Shown here one piece after another: positions 32,049-41,681 of a DNA stretch of 64,000 nt; position 1 is the first letter of the stretch, and the number at the start of each line of letters is the position of its first letter. Under the pieces are notes generated by a model. That model was not told the origin of the DNA. It saw only the letters and a program-made list of their open reading frames with translations, and ran no database searches. Location: assembly GCA_934157035.1 (NCBI GenBank), contig CAKPHG010000004.1, positions 53,594-117,593 on the forward strand, read 5' to 3'. The translations under genes were made by a program, and so were the position numbers. Source of the stretch: an uncultured Clostridia bacterium. GTDB taxonomy: Bacteria > Bacillota > Clostridia > TANB77 > CAG-508.

Positions 32049-32636
32049 TTACTCCATTTCATTTATGTAACTATATATTTCATTCCAATTTTTTAATTGT
32101 TTAATTTTATCATAATTATAAATTTCGTTAGTTATCATAATTGTTTGTATTCCAACATTTTGAACACCTAGACAATTATTAAGTTGGTCATCTATAAATA
32201 AATCAATTTTTTCATTTTTACATACAGATGATTTTTCTCTAGCGTTTACTATTAATTTATCATAATAAATTTCATTTTTATCCAGCCAATCTTTACTTAA
32301 TTTATATGGATCGTCATGAAATTCTGAATCTCTGGCTGTAATAATATATATTTCATGTCCCTCTTTTTTTAATTTATCTATTACTTCTTTTGCGTTTTCT
32401 CTTGGAGTTGCATTATTAGTAATATTTTCTTGAATATTTTTTAAGAAATATTTTAATTCCTCATATTCAAATTGAAACTTTTTTCTATATGTATCTCCAT
32501 TGTTTTTTATATCTTCCATTGGATTATCATAATTATCAATTTTCTTTCCTAAACTAATTGCATATTCAAATGCTGCTTTATTTAGTTCTTCTTGCACTTC
32601 AGTTAATGTATTGTCTATATCAATTCCTATTCTCAT
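32049..32636 (-). CDS. HAD-superfamily 5'(3')-deoxyribonucleotidase (NT5C-like), standalone copy
   Basis: MRIGIDIDNTL (DxD HAD motif I) and NT5C-like motifs; GGAGG RBS before ATG 32636. Confidence 0.8.
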   Translation of the reverse strand: MRIGIDIDNTLTEVQEELNKAAFEYAISLGKKIDNYDNPMEDIKNNGDTYRKKFQFEYEELKYFLKNIQENITNNATPRENAKEVIDKLKKEGHEIYIITARDSEFHDDPYKLSKDWLDKNEIYYDKLIVNAREKSSVCKNEKIDLFIDDQLNNCLGVQNVGIQTIMITNEIYNYDKIKQLKNWNEIYSYINEME

Positions 32637-33327
32637 TTTTTCCTCCATATTCATCATATATTTTTCCATCAGTAATTAAAAAATTTTCAACTGTATTTTT
32701 TATCTTTTCAATTTCATATCCATCTGCATTACAAATATTCCAGCCTCTTTTTTGTGCTGGAATCAAATTTTCCATTACATCATCTATAAATAAAATATTT
32801 GTTGGTTCAATTTTACAATCATTTTCTACTTTAATGTATATTTCTTCTTTTGGCTTTTTACATTCCATTTCAAAAGATAGCCAAACATAATCAAATTTTG
32901 ATAAATTGTAATGTTTATCTATTCTGTTTTTATCTAAAATGGATAAATTAGATAAAATTCCTATTTTGCATTTATCTTTTAAACTATGTGCAAATTTAAC
33001 AACATCTTTATAGTATTCAATTTTATCAAATTTTTCTTGATACATAGCATAAAATTCATCATAATTACATTGTATTCCAAATGATTTTTTTATTCGTTCA
33101 AACCATTTTTGTATATCTTCTTTTTTATATATTTCTGAAATACATTTATTATTTTCATCATGATTGCATTCATTCCATTTTTTTGTTATTGCATTTTCAC
33201 TTAATTTATTCTCAATCAAACTCTTTATTATATCTGTTCTTGCATTAAAAACGTTATATTCTCCTTCTCTGTGACTTTCTACTACTCCACCCCAGTCAAA
33301 AATTACTATCTTATTTTTATCTCTCAT
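32620..33327 (-). CDS. HAD-family hydrolase
   Basis: IVIFDWGGVV motif I; HAD-like sequence; GAGGAG RBS before ATG 33327. Confidence 0.65.
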   Translation of the reverse strand: MRDKNKIVIFDWGGVVESHREGEYNVFNARTDIIKSLIENKLSENAITKKWNECNHDENNKCISEIYKKEDIQKWFERIKKSFGIQCNYDEFYAMYQEKFDKIEYYKDVVKFAHSLKDKCKIGILSNLSILDKNRIDKHYNLSKFDYVWLSFEMECKKPKEEIYIKVENDCKIEPTNILFIDDVMENLIPAQKRGWNICNADGYEIEKIKNTVENFLITDGKIYDEYGGKNENRN

Positions 33328-33446
33328 TATTTTCTCCTCTTTTACAATTTTCATTGATTTTATCATATAAAGTATTTTAAATGCAACAAAAAAATATCTA
33401 ACAAAGTATAATTCTATTAGATATTTTTTATTATATTAAATTCAAT

Positions 33447-33490
33447 TATGTAAAGGGCAAAAGTGAGTAAGTCCCAAAATGTCCTTTATT
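33447..33490. repeat. copy of the GGGAC-core/AATGTCCTTTATT repeat family overlapping the stop codon of ABC gene 33486..35303
   Basis: TTATGTAAAGGGCAAAAGTGAGTAAGTCCCAAAATGTCCTTTATT; complement of the TAA stop lies inside CCTTTATT. Confidence 0.7.
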
Positions 33491-35303
33491 CTTCTACCTC
33501 TTCAAATTGGCTATTGTATAGGTCTGCATAGAATCCGCCTTTTGCTAAAAGCTCTTCGTGTGTTCCTTGCTCTACTATATCTCCATGATTCATAACTAAA
33601 ATTAGATCCGCATTTTTTATTGTTGATAGTCTATGTGCAATTATGAAGCTTGTTCTTCCTTTCATCAGGTTATCCATTGCTGCTTGAATTTGTAATTCCG
33701 TTCTTGTGTCTATTGAACTTGTTGCTTCGTCTAATATTAATATTTTTGGATCTGCTAAAATTACTCTTGCTATTGTTAATAATTGTTTTTGACCTGCAGA
33801 TACATTGCTTGATTCTTCATTTAGTACCATGTCATAACTACTTGGAAGTGTTTTTATAAAATGATGTACATGTGCTGCTTTTGCTGCTTCTATTACTTCT
33901 GCATCTGTTGCATCTGGCTTACTATAACGAATATTGTCTTTTATAGTTCCACCAAATAGCCATGTGTCTTGAAGTACCATTCCAAACATTTTTCTTAAAT
34001 CTTCACGTTTGAAATCTTTTATATTTATTCCATCTAACAAAATTGCACCACTATTTACATCATAAAATCTCATAAGCAATTTTACCATTGTTGTTTTTCC
34101 TGCGCCTGTTGGTCCTACTATTGCAATCTTTTGACCATCTTCAACTTTTGCACTAAAATCATTTATTATTATTCTATCTTCATCATATCCAAATTTTACA
34201 TGGTCAAATGTGATATTTCCTTTTAGACCTTCTGTAGATTTTGGATTTTCTACATCTTCTACTTCTTCTGGTTCTTCTAAAAATTCAAATACTCTTTCTG
34301 CAGCTGCTACCATTGCTTGTAACATTGAAGATACTTGTGCTATTTGGTTTATTGGCTGTGTAAATTGTTTGTTATATTGTATAAATGATTGTATATTTCC
34401 TACTGTAATTTTTCCTTGAATTGCTAAATATCCACCTAAAATTGCAACTGCTACATATCCTATATTTCCTATAAAGTTCATTATTGGAAATATTAAACCT
34501 GATAAGAATTGAGACTTCCATGCTGATTGATACAATTCTTTGTTGGCTTTGCTAAATTCTTTTATTGCTTCATTTTCGCCATTAAATGCTTTTACTATTG
34601 TGTGTCCGCCATATATTTCTTCTACTTGACCATTTACATGACCTAAATAATCTTGTTGTTTCTTAAAGTATTTTTGTGATTTTCCTACTACATTTTTTAC
34701 TATAAATACAGTAACTGGTAAAATTAATAGTGAAACAAGTGTCATTTCCCAGCTTATTGAAAACATCATTATTACCACACCAATTAGCGTACATATTGAA
34801 GTTATAATTTGTGTAATACTTTGATTTAAGTTTTGAGAAAGTGTATCTATGTCGTTTGTTATTATAGATAATACTTCACCTTTTGTTTTTTTATCAAAAT
34901 AATGCATAGGTAATTTGTTTATTTTTTTAGCTAAATCATTACGCATTTTATATGTTAGTTTTTGTGCAACACCTGTCATTGTGAACCCTTGGATAAGTGA
35001 AAATAATGCACTTAATCCATATAATGCAAGTAATGTAAGTAAAATTTGTCCTATTTTTCCAAAGTCTATTCCGCTTCCACCAGATAATTTGCTAACTAAT
35101 CCATTAAATATTTCTGTTGTAGCATTTCCTAATATTTTAGGTCCTACTATTGAAAATATTGTACTTCCAATAGCAAATATTATTACTATTACTAATGCTA
35201 ATCTATATTTTGATAAATAATTGTTTAATAGTTTTTTAGTTGTTCCTTTAAAATCTTTTGCTTTTTCTACTGTTTTACCAGGTCCTCTGCCTGGTCCTCC
35301 CAT
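33486..35303 (-). CDS. ABC exporter, TMD-NBD half transporter (heterodimeric ABC-exporter half)
   Basis: Walker A GPTGAGKTT, signature VSAGQKQLL, six-TM exporter fold, N-terminal MGGPGRGPGKTVEKAKDFKGT leader. Confidence 0.85.
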   Translation of the reverse strand: MGGPGRGPGKTVEKAKDFKGTTKKLLNNYLSKYRLALVIVIIFAIGSTIFSIVGPKILGNATTEIFNGLVSKLSGGSGIDFGKIGQILLTLLALYGLSALFSLIQGFTMTGVAQKLTYKMRNDLAKKINKLPMHYFDKKTKGEVLSIITNDIDTLSQNLNQSITQIITSICTLIGVVIMMFSISWEMTLVSLLILPVTVFIVKNVVGKSQKYFKKQQDYLGHVNGQVEEIYGGHTIVKAFNGENEAIKEFSKANKELYQSAWKSQFLSGLIFPIMNFIGNIGYVAVAILGGYLAIQGKITVGNIQSFIQYNKQFTQPINQIAQVSSMLQAMVAAAERVFEFLEEPEEVEDVENPKSTEGLKGNITFDHVKFGYDEDRIIINDFSAKVEDGQKIAIVGPTGAGKTTMVKLLMRFYDVNSGAILLDGINIKDFKREDLRKMFGMVLQDTWLFGGTIKDNIRYSKPDATDAEVIEAAKAAHVHHFIKTLPSSYDMVLNEESSNVSAGQKQLLTIARVILADPKILILDEATSSIDTRTELQIQAAMDNLMKGRTSFIIAHRLSTIKNADLILVMNHGDIVEQGTHEELLAKGGFYADLYNSQFEEVEE

Positions 35304-35331
35304 TGGTCCGTGGCATGTTTTCTCTCCTTTC

Positions 35332-35444
35332 CTAAACTAATAGGGACGGGCCTTTTTAGTTTAGTTAAATTAATTGATTTCAATCAATTTTATAGATTAA
35401 TAATTATTCTACTAAACTAAAAAGGCCCGTCCCTATTAGTTTAG
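35332..35444. mobile_element. 113-bp MITE-like element: 33-nt terminal inverted repeats around a 47-nt AT-rich core, in the intergenic spacer of the ABC exporter operon
   Basis: 35332..35364 is the exact reverse complement of 35412..35444; the right TIR contains the TAA stop of the upstream ABC gene. Confidence 0.6.
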
Positions 35445-37745
35445 TTCTTCTTCAGATAATTGAGAAAGTGCTATTTGTTTGTATGTTTCGCAGTTTTTCA
35501 TAAGCTCTTCATGTGTGCCCTTTCCTACAATTTTTCCTTCTTCTAATACTATTATTTGCTCTGCATTCATTATTGTACTAATTCTTTGTGCTACTATTAT
35601 AACTGTTTTTCCTTTAGTTTCTTTTGCTAATGCTTCTCTTAATTCGCTATCTGTTTTTAAGTCTAATGCTGAAAAACTATCGTCAAATACTAATATTTCT
35701 GGATCTATTGCAATTGCTCTTGCTATAGATAAACGTTGTTTTTGTCCACCAGATACATTGTTTCCTCCTTGTGCTATTTCAGACTTATATTTATCCTCTT
35801 TTGCAATAATAAATTCTTCCGCTTGTGCTATTTTAGCTGCTTTTATCATTTCTTCGTCACTCATATCTGGATTTCCATATTTTATATTGCTTTCTATTGT
35901 TCCAGAGAATAACACACCTTTTTGAGGAACAAACCCTACTTTTTTTCTTAATTCTTTTAAGTCTACATCTTTAATATTAACACCATCTATTACAAGTTCT
36001 CCTCTTGTTACGTCATAGAAACGAGGTATTAAGTTTACAACTGTAGATTTTCCACTTCCTGTGCTTCCTATAATCGCTGTTGTCTCTCCTGGTTTTGCTG
36101 TAAAGTCTATGTCTGTTAATATTTCTTCGTCTGCATCTGGATATCTGAAACTTACATTTTTAAATTCTACTAATCCTTTTTTATCTTGTTTAAATTGTTT
36201 TAGTTCTTTTTTATTTTTGATACTTGGGTTAGTTTCTAATACTTCATTTATACGTTTTGCTGAAACTGCTGCACGTGGAAGCATTATAGATATCATAGAT
36301 ATCATTAAGAAACTCATTACTATTTGCATTGTGTATTGTATAAATGCCATCATGTCTCCAACTTGCATTACACCTTCATCTACTTTATGACCTCCAACCC
36401 ATACGATAAGTAGCATAATAGAATTCATAATAAAACTAAGTGCTGGCATCATTATACTCATTGCGCGGTTTACGAAAATATTTGCTTTCATTAAATCTTT
36501 GTTGCTATTATCAAAACGTTCTTCTTCACGTTTATGTGTGTTAAATGCTCTTATAACTGGAAGACCTGTTAATATTTCTCTTGACACTAAGTTTAGTCTA
36601 TCTATTAAATCTTGCAATTTTTTAAATTTTGGCATTGCAACTGAAAATAATGCTAATACAATAACTATAATTGCTCCAACTGCTAATGCAATAATCCATG
36701 CCATAGAGTTATCGCTACTCTTCATTACATGAAGTACACCACCTATTCCTATAATTGGTGCATATACAACTACTCTAAATAGCATTGTTATTAAGTTTTG
36801 AATTTGAGCTATATCGTTTGTACTTCTTGTTATTAAAGATGCTGTTGAATACTCTCTAAATTCTTTTGTAGAAAATTCCATCACTTTTTTAAATACTTTA
36901 TCTCTTAATGTTCTTCCTAATTCTGCTGCTACTTTTGCAGATAAAAGCATAACTATAATTGCACTTGACATACTAACAAATGCTACTCCTAACATTTGAA
37001 GCCCTGCCATAAAAATATAGTCATTTTGTATTTTCTCTGTATCTATTCCTATTTGTTTATATTCATTTTTTACTTGAACTATTGCTGCTTGACTTATTAT
37101 TGAGTCACTCATTTTGTCTACTTGTTCTTGAGCATTTTTTACCATATTATCTAGTTGTTCTTCTGGCATAACTTTTAATATTTCTATTAAACTCATTTGT
37201 TCTAATATTTCTGGTGATATACCTGAAGTTGAAGGATATCCTGGTAAAGCATAATCTCCTTCTTTTATAGACTTAGCACTACTTTCTTGCATAGAACTTA
37301 TTATTTGCATTTTAATTTGTTTAGCTGTTTCTTCATTGCTTAAGTTTGAAAGCATTAATAACGGTTTTGCAATTTGATTATTCAATGTTTCTTGCTCTTC
37401 TTTTGAAAGATTATTTATAATATATAACTCTTCATTTTCTAATGCAGGATATTTTTCCACATACTTTTCGTATTTCTTTTTTTCTAAGGAATTTTTCGAA
37501 ATTAATGTATATTTACTTATAATACTCTCCTCTTCTTTTGTAAATAATAAAAGATTATCCATTTGGCTCTTTCTTATAACTTCTGGAGATGGATTTTCTA
37601 TTCCTCCTGCTTGAATTCCTGTATTTACAATTTTAGATGTGTAATCTGGAAGTGTTAAATCTGCCCATGCTTGCACACATAATAGTAATACAATTATTAC
37701 AACATATAATATAGATGACTTTAAATTTTTTAACAATTTAAACAT
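35436..37745 (-). CDS. ABC exporter, TMD-NBD half transporter with enlarged extracytoplasmic loop (partner of 33486..35303)
   Basis: Walker A GSTGSGKST, signature VSGGQKQRLSIARA; 769 aa with ~200-aa insertion after TM1. Confidence 0.85.
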   Translation of the reverse strand: MFKLLKNLKSSILYVVIIVLLLCVQAWADLTLPDYTSKIVNTGIQAGGIENPSPEVIRKSQMDNLLLFTKEEESIISKYTLISKNSLEKKKYEKYVEKYPALENEELYIINNLSKEEQETLNNQIAKPLLMLSNLSNEETAKQIKMQIISSMQESSAKSIKEGDYALPGYPSTSGISPEILEQMSLIEILKVMPEEQLDNMVKNAQEQVDKMSDSIISQAAIVQVKNEYKQIGIDTEKIQNDYIFMAGLQMLGVAFVSMSSAIIVMLLSAKVAAELGRTLRDKVFKKVMEFSTKEFREYSTASLITRSTNDIAQIQNLITMLFRVVVYAPIIGIGGVLHVMKSSDNSMAWIIALAVGAIIVIVLALFSVAMPKFKKLQDLIDRLNLVSREILTGLPVIRAFNTHKREEERFDNSNKDLMKANIFVNRAMSIMMPALSFIMNSIMLLIVWVGGHKVDEGVMQVGDMMAFIQYTMQIVMSFLMISMISIMLPRAAVSAKRINEVLETNPSIKNKKELKQFKQDKKGLVEFKNVSFRYPDADEEILTDIDFTAKPGETTAIIGSTGSGKSTVVNLIPRFYDVTRGELVIDGVNIKDVDLKELRKKVGFVPQKGVLFSGTIESNIKYGNPDMSDEEMIKAAKIAQAEEFIIAKEDKYKSEIAQGGNNVSGGQKQRLSIARAIAIDPEILVFDDSFSALDLKTDSELREALAKETKGKTVIIVAQRISTIMNAEQIIVLEEGKIVGKGTHEELMKNCETYKQIALSQLSEEELN

Positions 37746-37793
37746 TTTTATTCTCCTTTTTTATATATACAATTACATTTTATTAACTTAAGA

Positions 37794-37823
37794 ATTATAT
37801 GTGATAAACCAATATTTGTCAAT
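37794..37823 (-). promoter_or_regulatory. sigma-A type promoter of ABC exporter operon (TTGACA-17/18-TATAAT)
   Basis: Minus strand TTGACA (plus 37818..37823) and TATAAT (plus 37794..37799). Confidence 0.5.
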
Positions 37824-37939
37824 TACTGTAATGTAAATTTTATGTGAATTACTTTTTGCTAAATTTCTAAAAAAAATGGATACTATTTTTAGTATCCACT
37901 TTTTTGAAACTTAAGTTTTGATTAATTGCAAGATGTTAC

Positions 37940-38131
37940 TTAGCTTTTACAACAGCTACAATCAAAATCGTTTGCAATCTCTTCATCTTCGTAGTCAAAA
38001 CACTCATCATCTTCCCAATCTATTTTTTTAAGTTCGGGACAAATGTAGTAAAGCACTATTACTGCTATACCTCCAAGCGCAACTACTACTGCAATAGTTT
38101 TTGCAATACCTTTTAAAACCTTCCGCTTCAT
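37940..38131 (-). CDS. small membrane protein with acidic, Cys-rich C-terminus (…DFDCSCCKS)
   Basis: 63 aa; AAGGAGG RBS 5 nt upstream; one TM helix; followed by a perfect hairpin terminator 37880..37915. Confidence 0.55.
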   Translation of the reverse strand: MKRKVLKGIAKTIAVVVALGGIAVIVLYYICPELKKIDWEDDECFDYEDEEIANDFDCSCCKS

Positions 38132-38244
38132 ATTTTCCTCCTTTTAGGTGGTGATAGTAACAATGCCTACTATCTATTTTTACAGAAACATATTGTTATT
38201 ATAACATATAATTTCTATTTTTTCAACTTTTACTTATCTATACT

Positions 38245-39189
38245 TTAGTAAAATGATACTTTATTATTATTTCCATCACTTTCTATTAATATGTTTCCTT
38301 TATCTTTAGTCGTATAAATTACTGCTCCTATTTTGTTTAATCTATCTAATATTACTTGTTTTGGATGTCCATAGCTATTATCTTTTCCTACACTTATTAT
38401 TGCTATTTGTGGTAATACTTGGTTTAAAAATTCCTTTGAAGAGCTTGTATTTGAACCATGATGTCCTACTTTTAGTACATTAACTTTTGGCCAAGTTCTA
38501 GATTGTTCATTTTCCTTTTCGCTATCTCCCATAAATAAATAACTTTGTTTTCCGTATGTTAATTTGATTACTATTGAAGATAAATTCAAATTTTCTTTTT
38601 CTTCTTTTTTTCCAGTTCCGCAAAGCATTATTTCACATTCTGCTTTTCCTAATTTAAATTTATCCCCTTCTTTTGGAGTAGTAACAGTCAAGTTCTTTTC
38701 TGTTATTGCATCTAGTACATCTTCAAAAGTTTTTGTGTTTGTTTGTATTTTAGGCATATATATTGTTCCTATTTCAAAACTTTTAATCACATCATCTAAT
38801 CCACCAATATGGTCTTCATGTGGATGAGTTCCTACAAGATAGTCTATTTTTTCTATTCCTAGTTTTTTTATATTTGCTACTACCTTTGGTCCCATTTCAT
38901 TAGTTCCAGCATCTATTAGCATAGTTTTGTTGTTACTTATTATTAAAGTGCTATCTGCTTGTCCTACATCAAAGAAGTGTATTTTTAATATATCTTCTCC
39001 TTCTAATATTACATTTTCACTTTCTTCTGCTGTAACTCTTTTTGAAATTTCGTTGCTGTCTGAAACTTCACTATTTAAAAATTCTCCTACTGTTATAACT
39101 CCACTTTCACTTAATATTCCAATTAATATTAATATAATAAGCCCAATTATAAATTCTATTCTTCTAGTTTTTTTGTTCTTATTTGCCAC
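38245..39189 (-). CDS. MBL-fold metallo-hydrolase, ComEC/Rec2-related standalone lactamase_B domain protein
   Basis: N-terminal anchor; HFFDVGQADSTLI and HPHEDHIGG motifs. Confidence 0.8.
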   Translation of the reverse strand: MANKNKKTRRIEFIIGLIILILIGILSESGVITVGEFLNSEVSDSNEISKRVTAEESENVILEGEDILKIHFFDVGQADSTLIISNNKTMLIDAGTNEMGPKVVANIKKLGIEKIDYLVGTHPHEDHIGGLDDVIKSFEIGTIYMPKIQTNTKTFEDVLDAITEKNLTVTTPKEGDKFKLGKAECEIMLCGTGKKEEKENLNLSSIVIKLTYGKQSYLFMGDSEKENEQSRTWPKVNVLKVGHHGSNTSSSKEFLNQVLPQIAIISVGKDNSYGHPKQVILDRLNKIGAVIYTTKDKGNILIESDGNNNKVSFY

Positions 39190-39259
39190 TTGTTTTCCCC
39201 CTATTACAAGTTTTTATTAATCTTCTTACTTTTTAATTTAACTCATGTATTTTTTACAT

Positions 39260-39577
39260 TTAGTCTTTCCATATTTTATTCATCTTGTCTTCTATCTCTT
39301 TCTCTATTTCTTCTTGTCTTTCTATATCTTTTTTGTAAATTCCTTCTACTTGTTTTATTACGTCTCCTTCTTTTACATTTTCTTGAATTTTTTCTATTGG
39401 AATTTCTATTATTTTTCCTGTTTTTCTATCTTCACAAACAGCAATATTTTCCTCAAATCTATCTATTACTAATTCTTCTTCCATTTTTTCTAGCCTTTCT
39501 ATAACTTCATTTATGAAGTCACTAATATTTATCTTTCTTATTTCATTTACTATATTTTGAAATAAACCTAATTGCAT
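39260..39577 (-). CDS. DUF3006-family protein
   Basis: 105 aa with AVCEDRKTGKIIEIP...EGDVI core; this family commonly neighbours ComEC-like MBL hydrolases. Confidence 0.65.
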   Translation of the reverse strand: MQLGLFQNIVNEIRKINISDFINEVIERLEKMEEELVIDRFEENIAVCEDRKTGKIIEIPIEKIQENVKEGDVIKQVEGIYKKDIERQEEIEKEIEDKMNKIWKD

Positions 39578-39919
39578 TTTAACCTCCTTTATTATAGCAA
39601 TATATTTTATAAATTGCTATTGTTTTTTATTTTTTTAGATAAATCTGTATTATTATTTATTACATCAATATCTTTTTTATTTAAATATAACAAAAAATAT
39701 AGAGCCTATAAAAAATTATAAGCCCTATATTTTTATTACTAATTTTTCTATTGTCTGTCTACAATAAGCACATTCGTCTTACAAGTGTTTCGGATTTTTA
39801 AAGATGTTAGCACATCTATTATAGTTTAAATTACTATCTCTATTAGTATATTCATCATTATACACTCTTTTTATAAGCAATGTCAATAATTAATTTACAT
39901 ATTTTGTAAATTGTTTGTT

Positions 39920-40696
39920 CTATTTTATAACTTGTTTCATACATCCATAAACTAAACCTACCCATGTTGAAGAGTTTGGACAAAATCTCTTTTGCACTCC
40001 TGATAATGTCTTACCAGAATAATAAGATCCTCCCTCTGTTAAGTATCTATTGTGTAATAATTTAGCTGCAGCTTCTAAACCTTCTGCTGGTGTTGAATAT
40101 CTAATTAATTTTCCTCCAGACATCATACTAATATAATTACAAGTATTTCTATGGTTAGATGCTATACTCCATCCTGATTCAGCTGCAATTAATCCACAAA
40201 AGAATATTTCGTTTATTTCATATTCTTCACATATATCATATATTGCTTCAGCATTTTCTGCAAAAAATCCTGAATAGTCTACTTTCATATTAGCCATTAA
40301 ATTTATAAAGTCTTCTTTTGATATTCCGCATCTTTTACTTAAATCCATGTCTCTTGAAATTGTTATTTCTTCTATAGATATATACTTTGGTTGTTCCTCT
40401 TGTATAGTTTCTTTTGTTGTTCTTTCTTCTGAAAATCTTGTTGTAGTTTCTACATTTCTTTCTTGAGTAATAGTTTGTACACTTTGAGCAACAACTAACT
40501 GTTCTTCTACTCCATTATTATCTTCTTTCGTATCTACTTTTGCTAATTTTACATTGTTTAATGTAAATAATTGAATATTAGCTCCTAATGTTACTAGTAT
40601 TAAAAATATTGCTATAAAATTTTTTACTTTCAGGGAACTTTCTCCATTATTTTTCATTTTTTCAACATCCTTTCTTAGTGACTTTTTTTCAGCCAC
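39920..40696 (-). CDS. membrane-anchored glucosaminidase-like (GH73/FlgJ-type) domain protein
   Basis: N-terminal TM; C-terminal GLIAAESGWS...N motif resembling GH73 N-acetylglucosaminidases. Confidence 0.55.
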   Translation of the reverse strand: MAEKKSLRKDVEKMKNNGESSLKVKNFIAIFLILVTLGANIQLFTLNNVKLAKVDTKEDNNGVEEQLVVAQSVQTITQERNVETTTRFSEERTTKETIQEEQPKYISIEEITISRDMDLSKRCGISKEDFINLMANMKVDYSGFFAENAEAIYDICEEYEINEIFFCGLIAAESGWSIASNHRNTCNYISMMSGGKLIRYSTPAEGLEAAAKLLHNRYLTEGGSYYSGKTLSGVQKRFCPNSSTWVGLVYGCMKQVIK

Positions 40697-40834
40697 CTCT
40701 TTATTATACCACCTTTTAGCATATTCGTCAAATTTTGTATATTTTTATTCTACTTAATCCTATATTTTAGTTTAAAAAAAGAACATAAATTATAATTATA
40801 ATTTATGTTCTTTTTCATTTCTTATTCCATCTTA

Positions 40835-41545
40835 TTAATCTTCAGGAATAATTTTAATTTTTTTAACACCAAGAATTTTTTCCCATCTTCTAGCGTTTTC
40901 TCCTCCTTTTCCTATGACGAGTCCCAATATTCCTTTTGGTACAATCAAATACAAGTAACCTTCTTTAGCAACTTTGTTCATATCAACAACAACTGAATAT
41001 CCAGTAATAAATCCACTGGCATAATAACAAACTAAAACTTTAAAATGATCTTTGTTCATTTCAATGTCTTCGTTTCCATTGATTGTTTCTGCTGTAATTC
41101 TAAAATCTGAAACTATTTTGATTACTCCTCCATTCAAAGTTTCTTTCAAACTTCTGTACCTTCCTACTTCTTTTAAAATAGCTTTGTATTTTCTTATTTC
41201 CTCGTTTACAAAACCTCTTGTCTTATTTGCCATACTTATTGAATCTTTCGTAGGAATTTTTACGGTATATTCTTTTACATACCGATATTCTCCCTGCATA
41301 AAAGCATAAAATGGCAATGTAACCTCGGTTTCTTCATAAGTAGACGGATTCCAAAATTTGCATTGGTCTTCTACTATTGAGTAAGGTATTTTATTGTTTC
41401 TTAATATTCCTTCATACTCAATAGGTACCTTAGGCAACACTGGATTATAATCATCCATTATTATTTTGCACCGTCTATTTTCAAAGACAACGCATTTGTT
41501 GGGTAATTCCCCTATACATGTAGTTCTCATTTTAACTGTTTGCAT
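40835..41545 (-). CDS. hypothetical protein with C-terminal KH-like domain
   Basis: GGAGG RBS before ATG 41545; C-terminal VPKGILGLVIGKGGENARRWEKILGV resembles a KH (GXXG) motif. Confidence 0.5.
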   Translation of the reverse strand: MQTVKMRTTCIGELPNKCVVFENRRCKIIMDDYNPVLPKVPIEYEGILRNNKIPYSIVEDQCKFWNPSTYEETEVTLPFYAFMQGEYRYVKEYTVKIPTKDSISMANKTRGFVNEEIRKYKAILKEVGRYRSLKETLNGGVIKIVSDFRITAETINGNEDIEMNKDHFKVLVCYYASGFITGYSVVVDMNKVAKEGYLYLIVPKGILGLVIGKGGENARRWEKILGVKKIKIIPED

Positions 41546-41681
41546 ATTCTTCCTCCTTTTACATGTAGATGTTAAATTTTTCAATGTGCTTTATAATACT
41601 TCCTATTTTATCACATTATGTTCACTTTTGCAACAAAAAGAAAGAAAAGCACTAAAAATAGTTGCTCTTCTTTCTTTAATT

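Noticed and set aside
39578-39920. AT-rich intergenic region with imperfect hairpin ATATAGAGCCTATAA…TTATAAGCCCTATAT
   Set aside because: Consistent with an ordinary terminator for the upstream GH73-like gene; not repeated elsewhere in the window.
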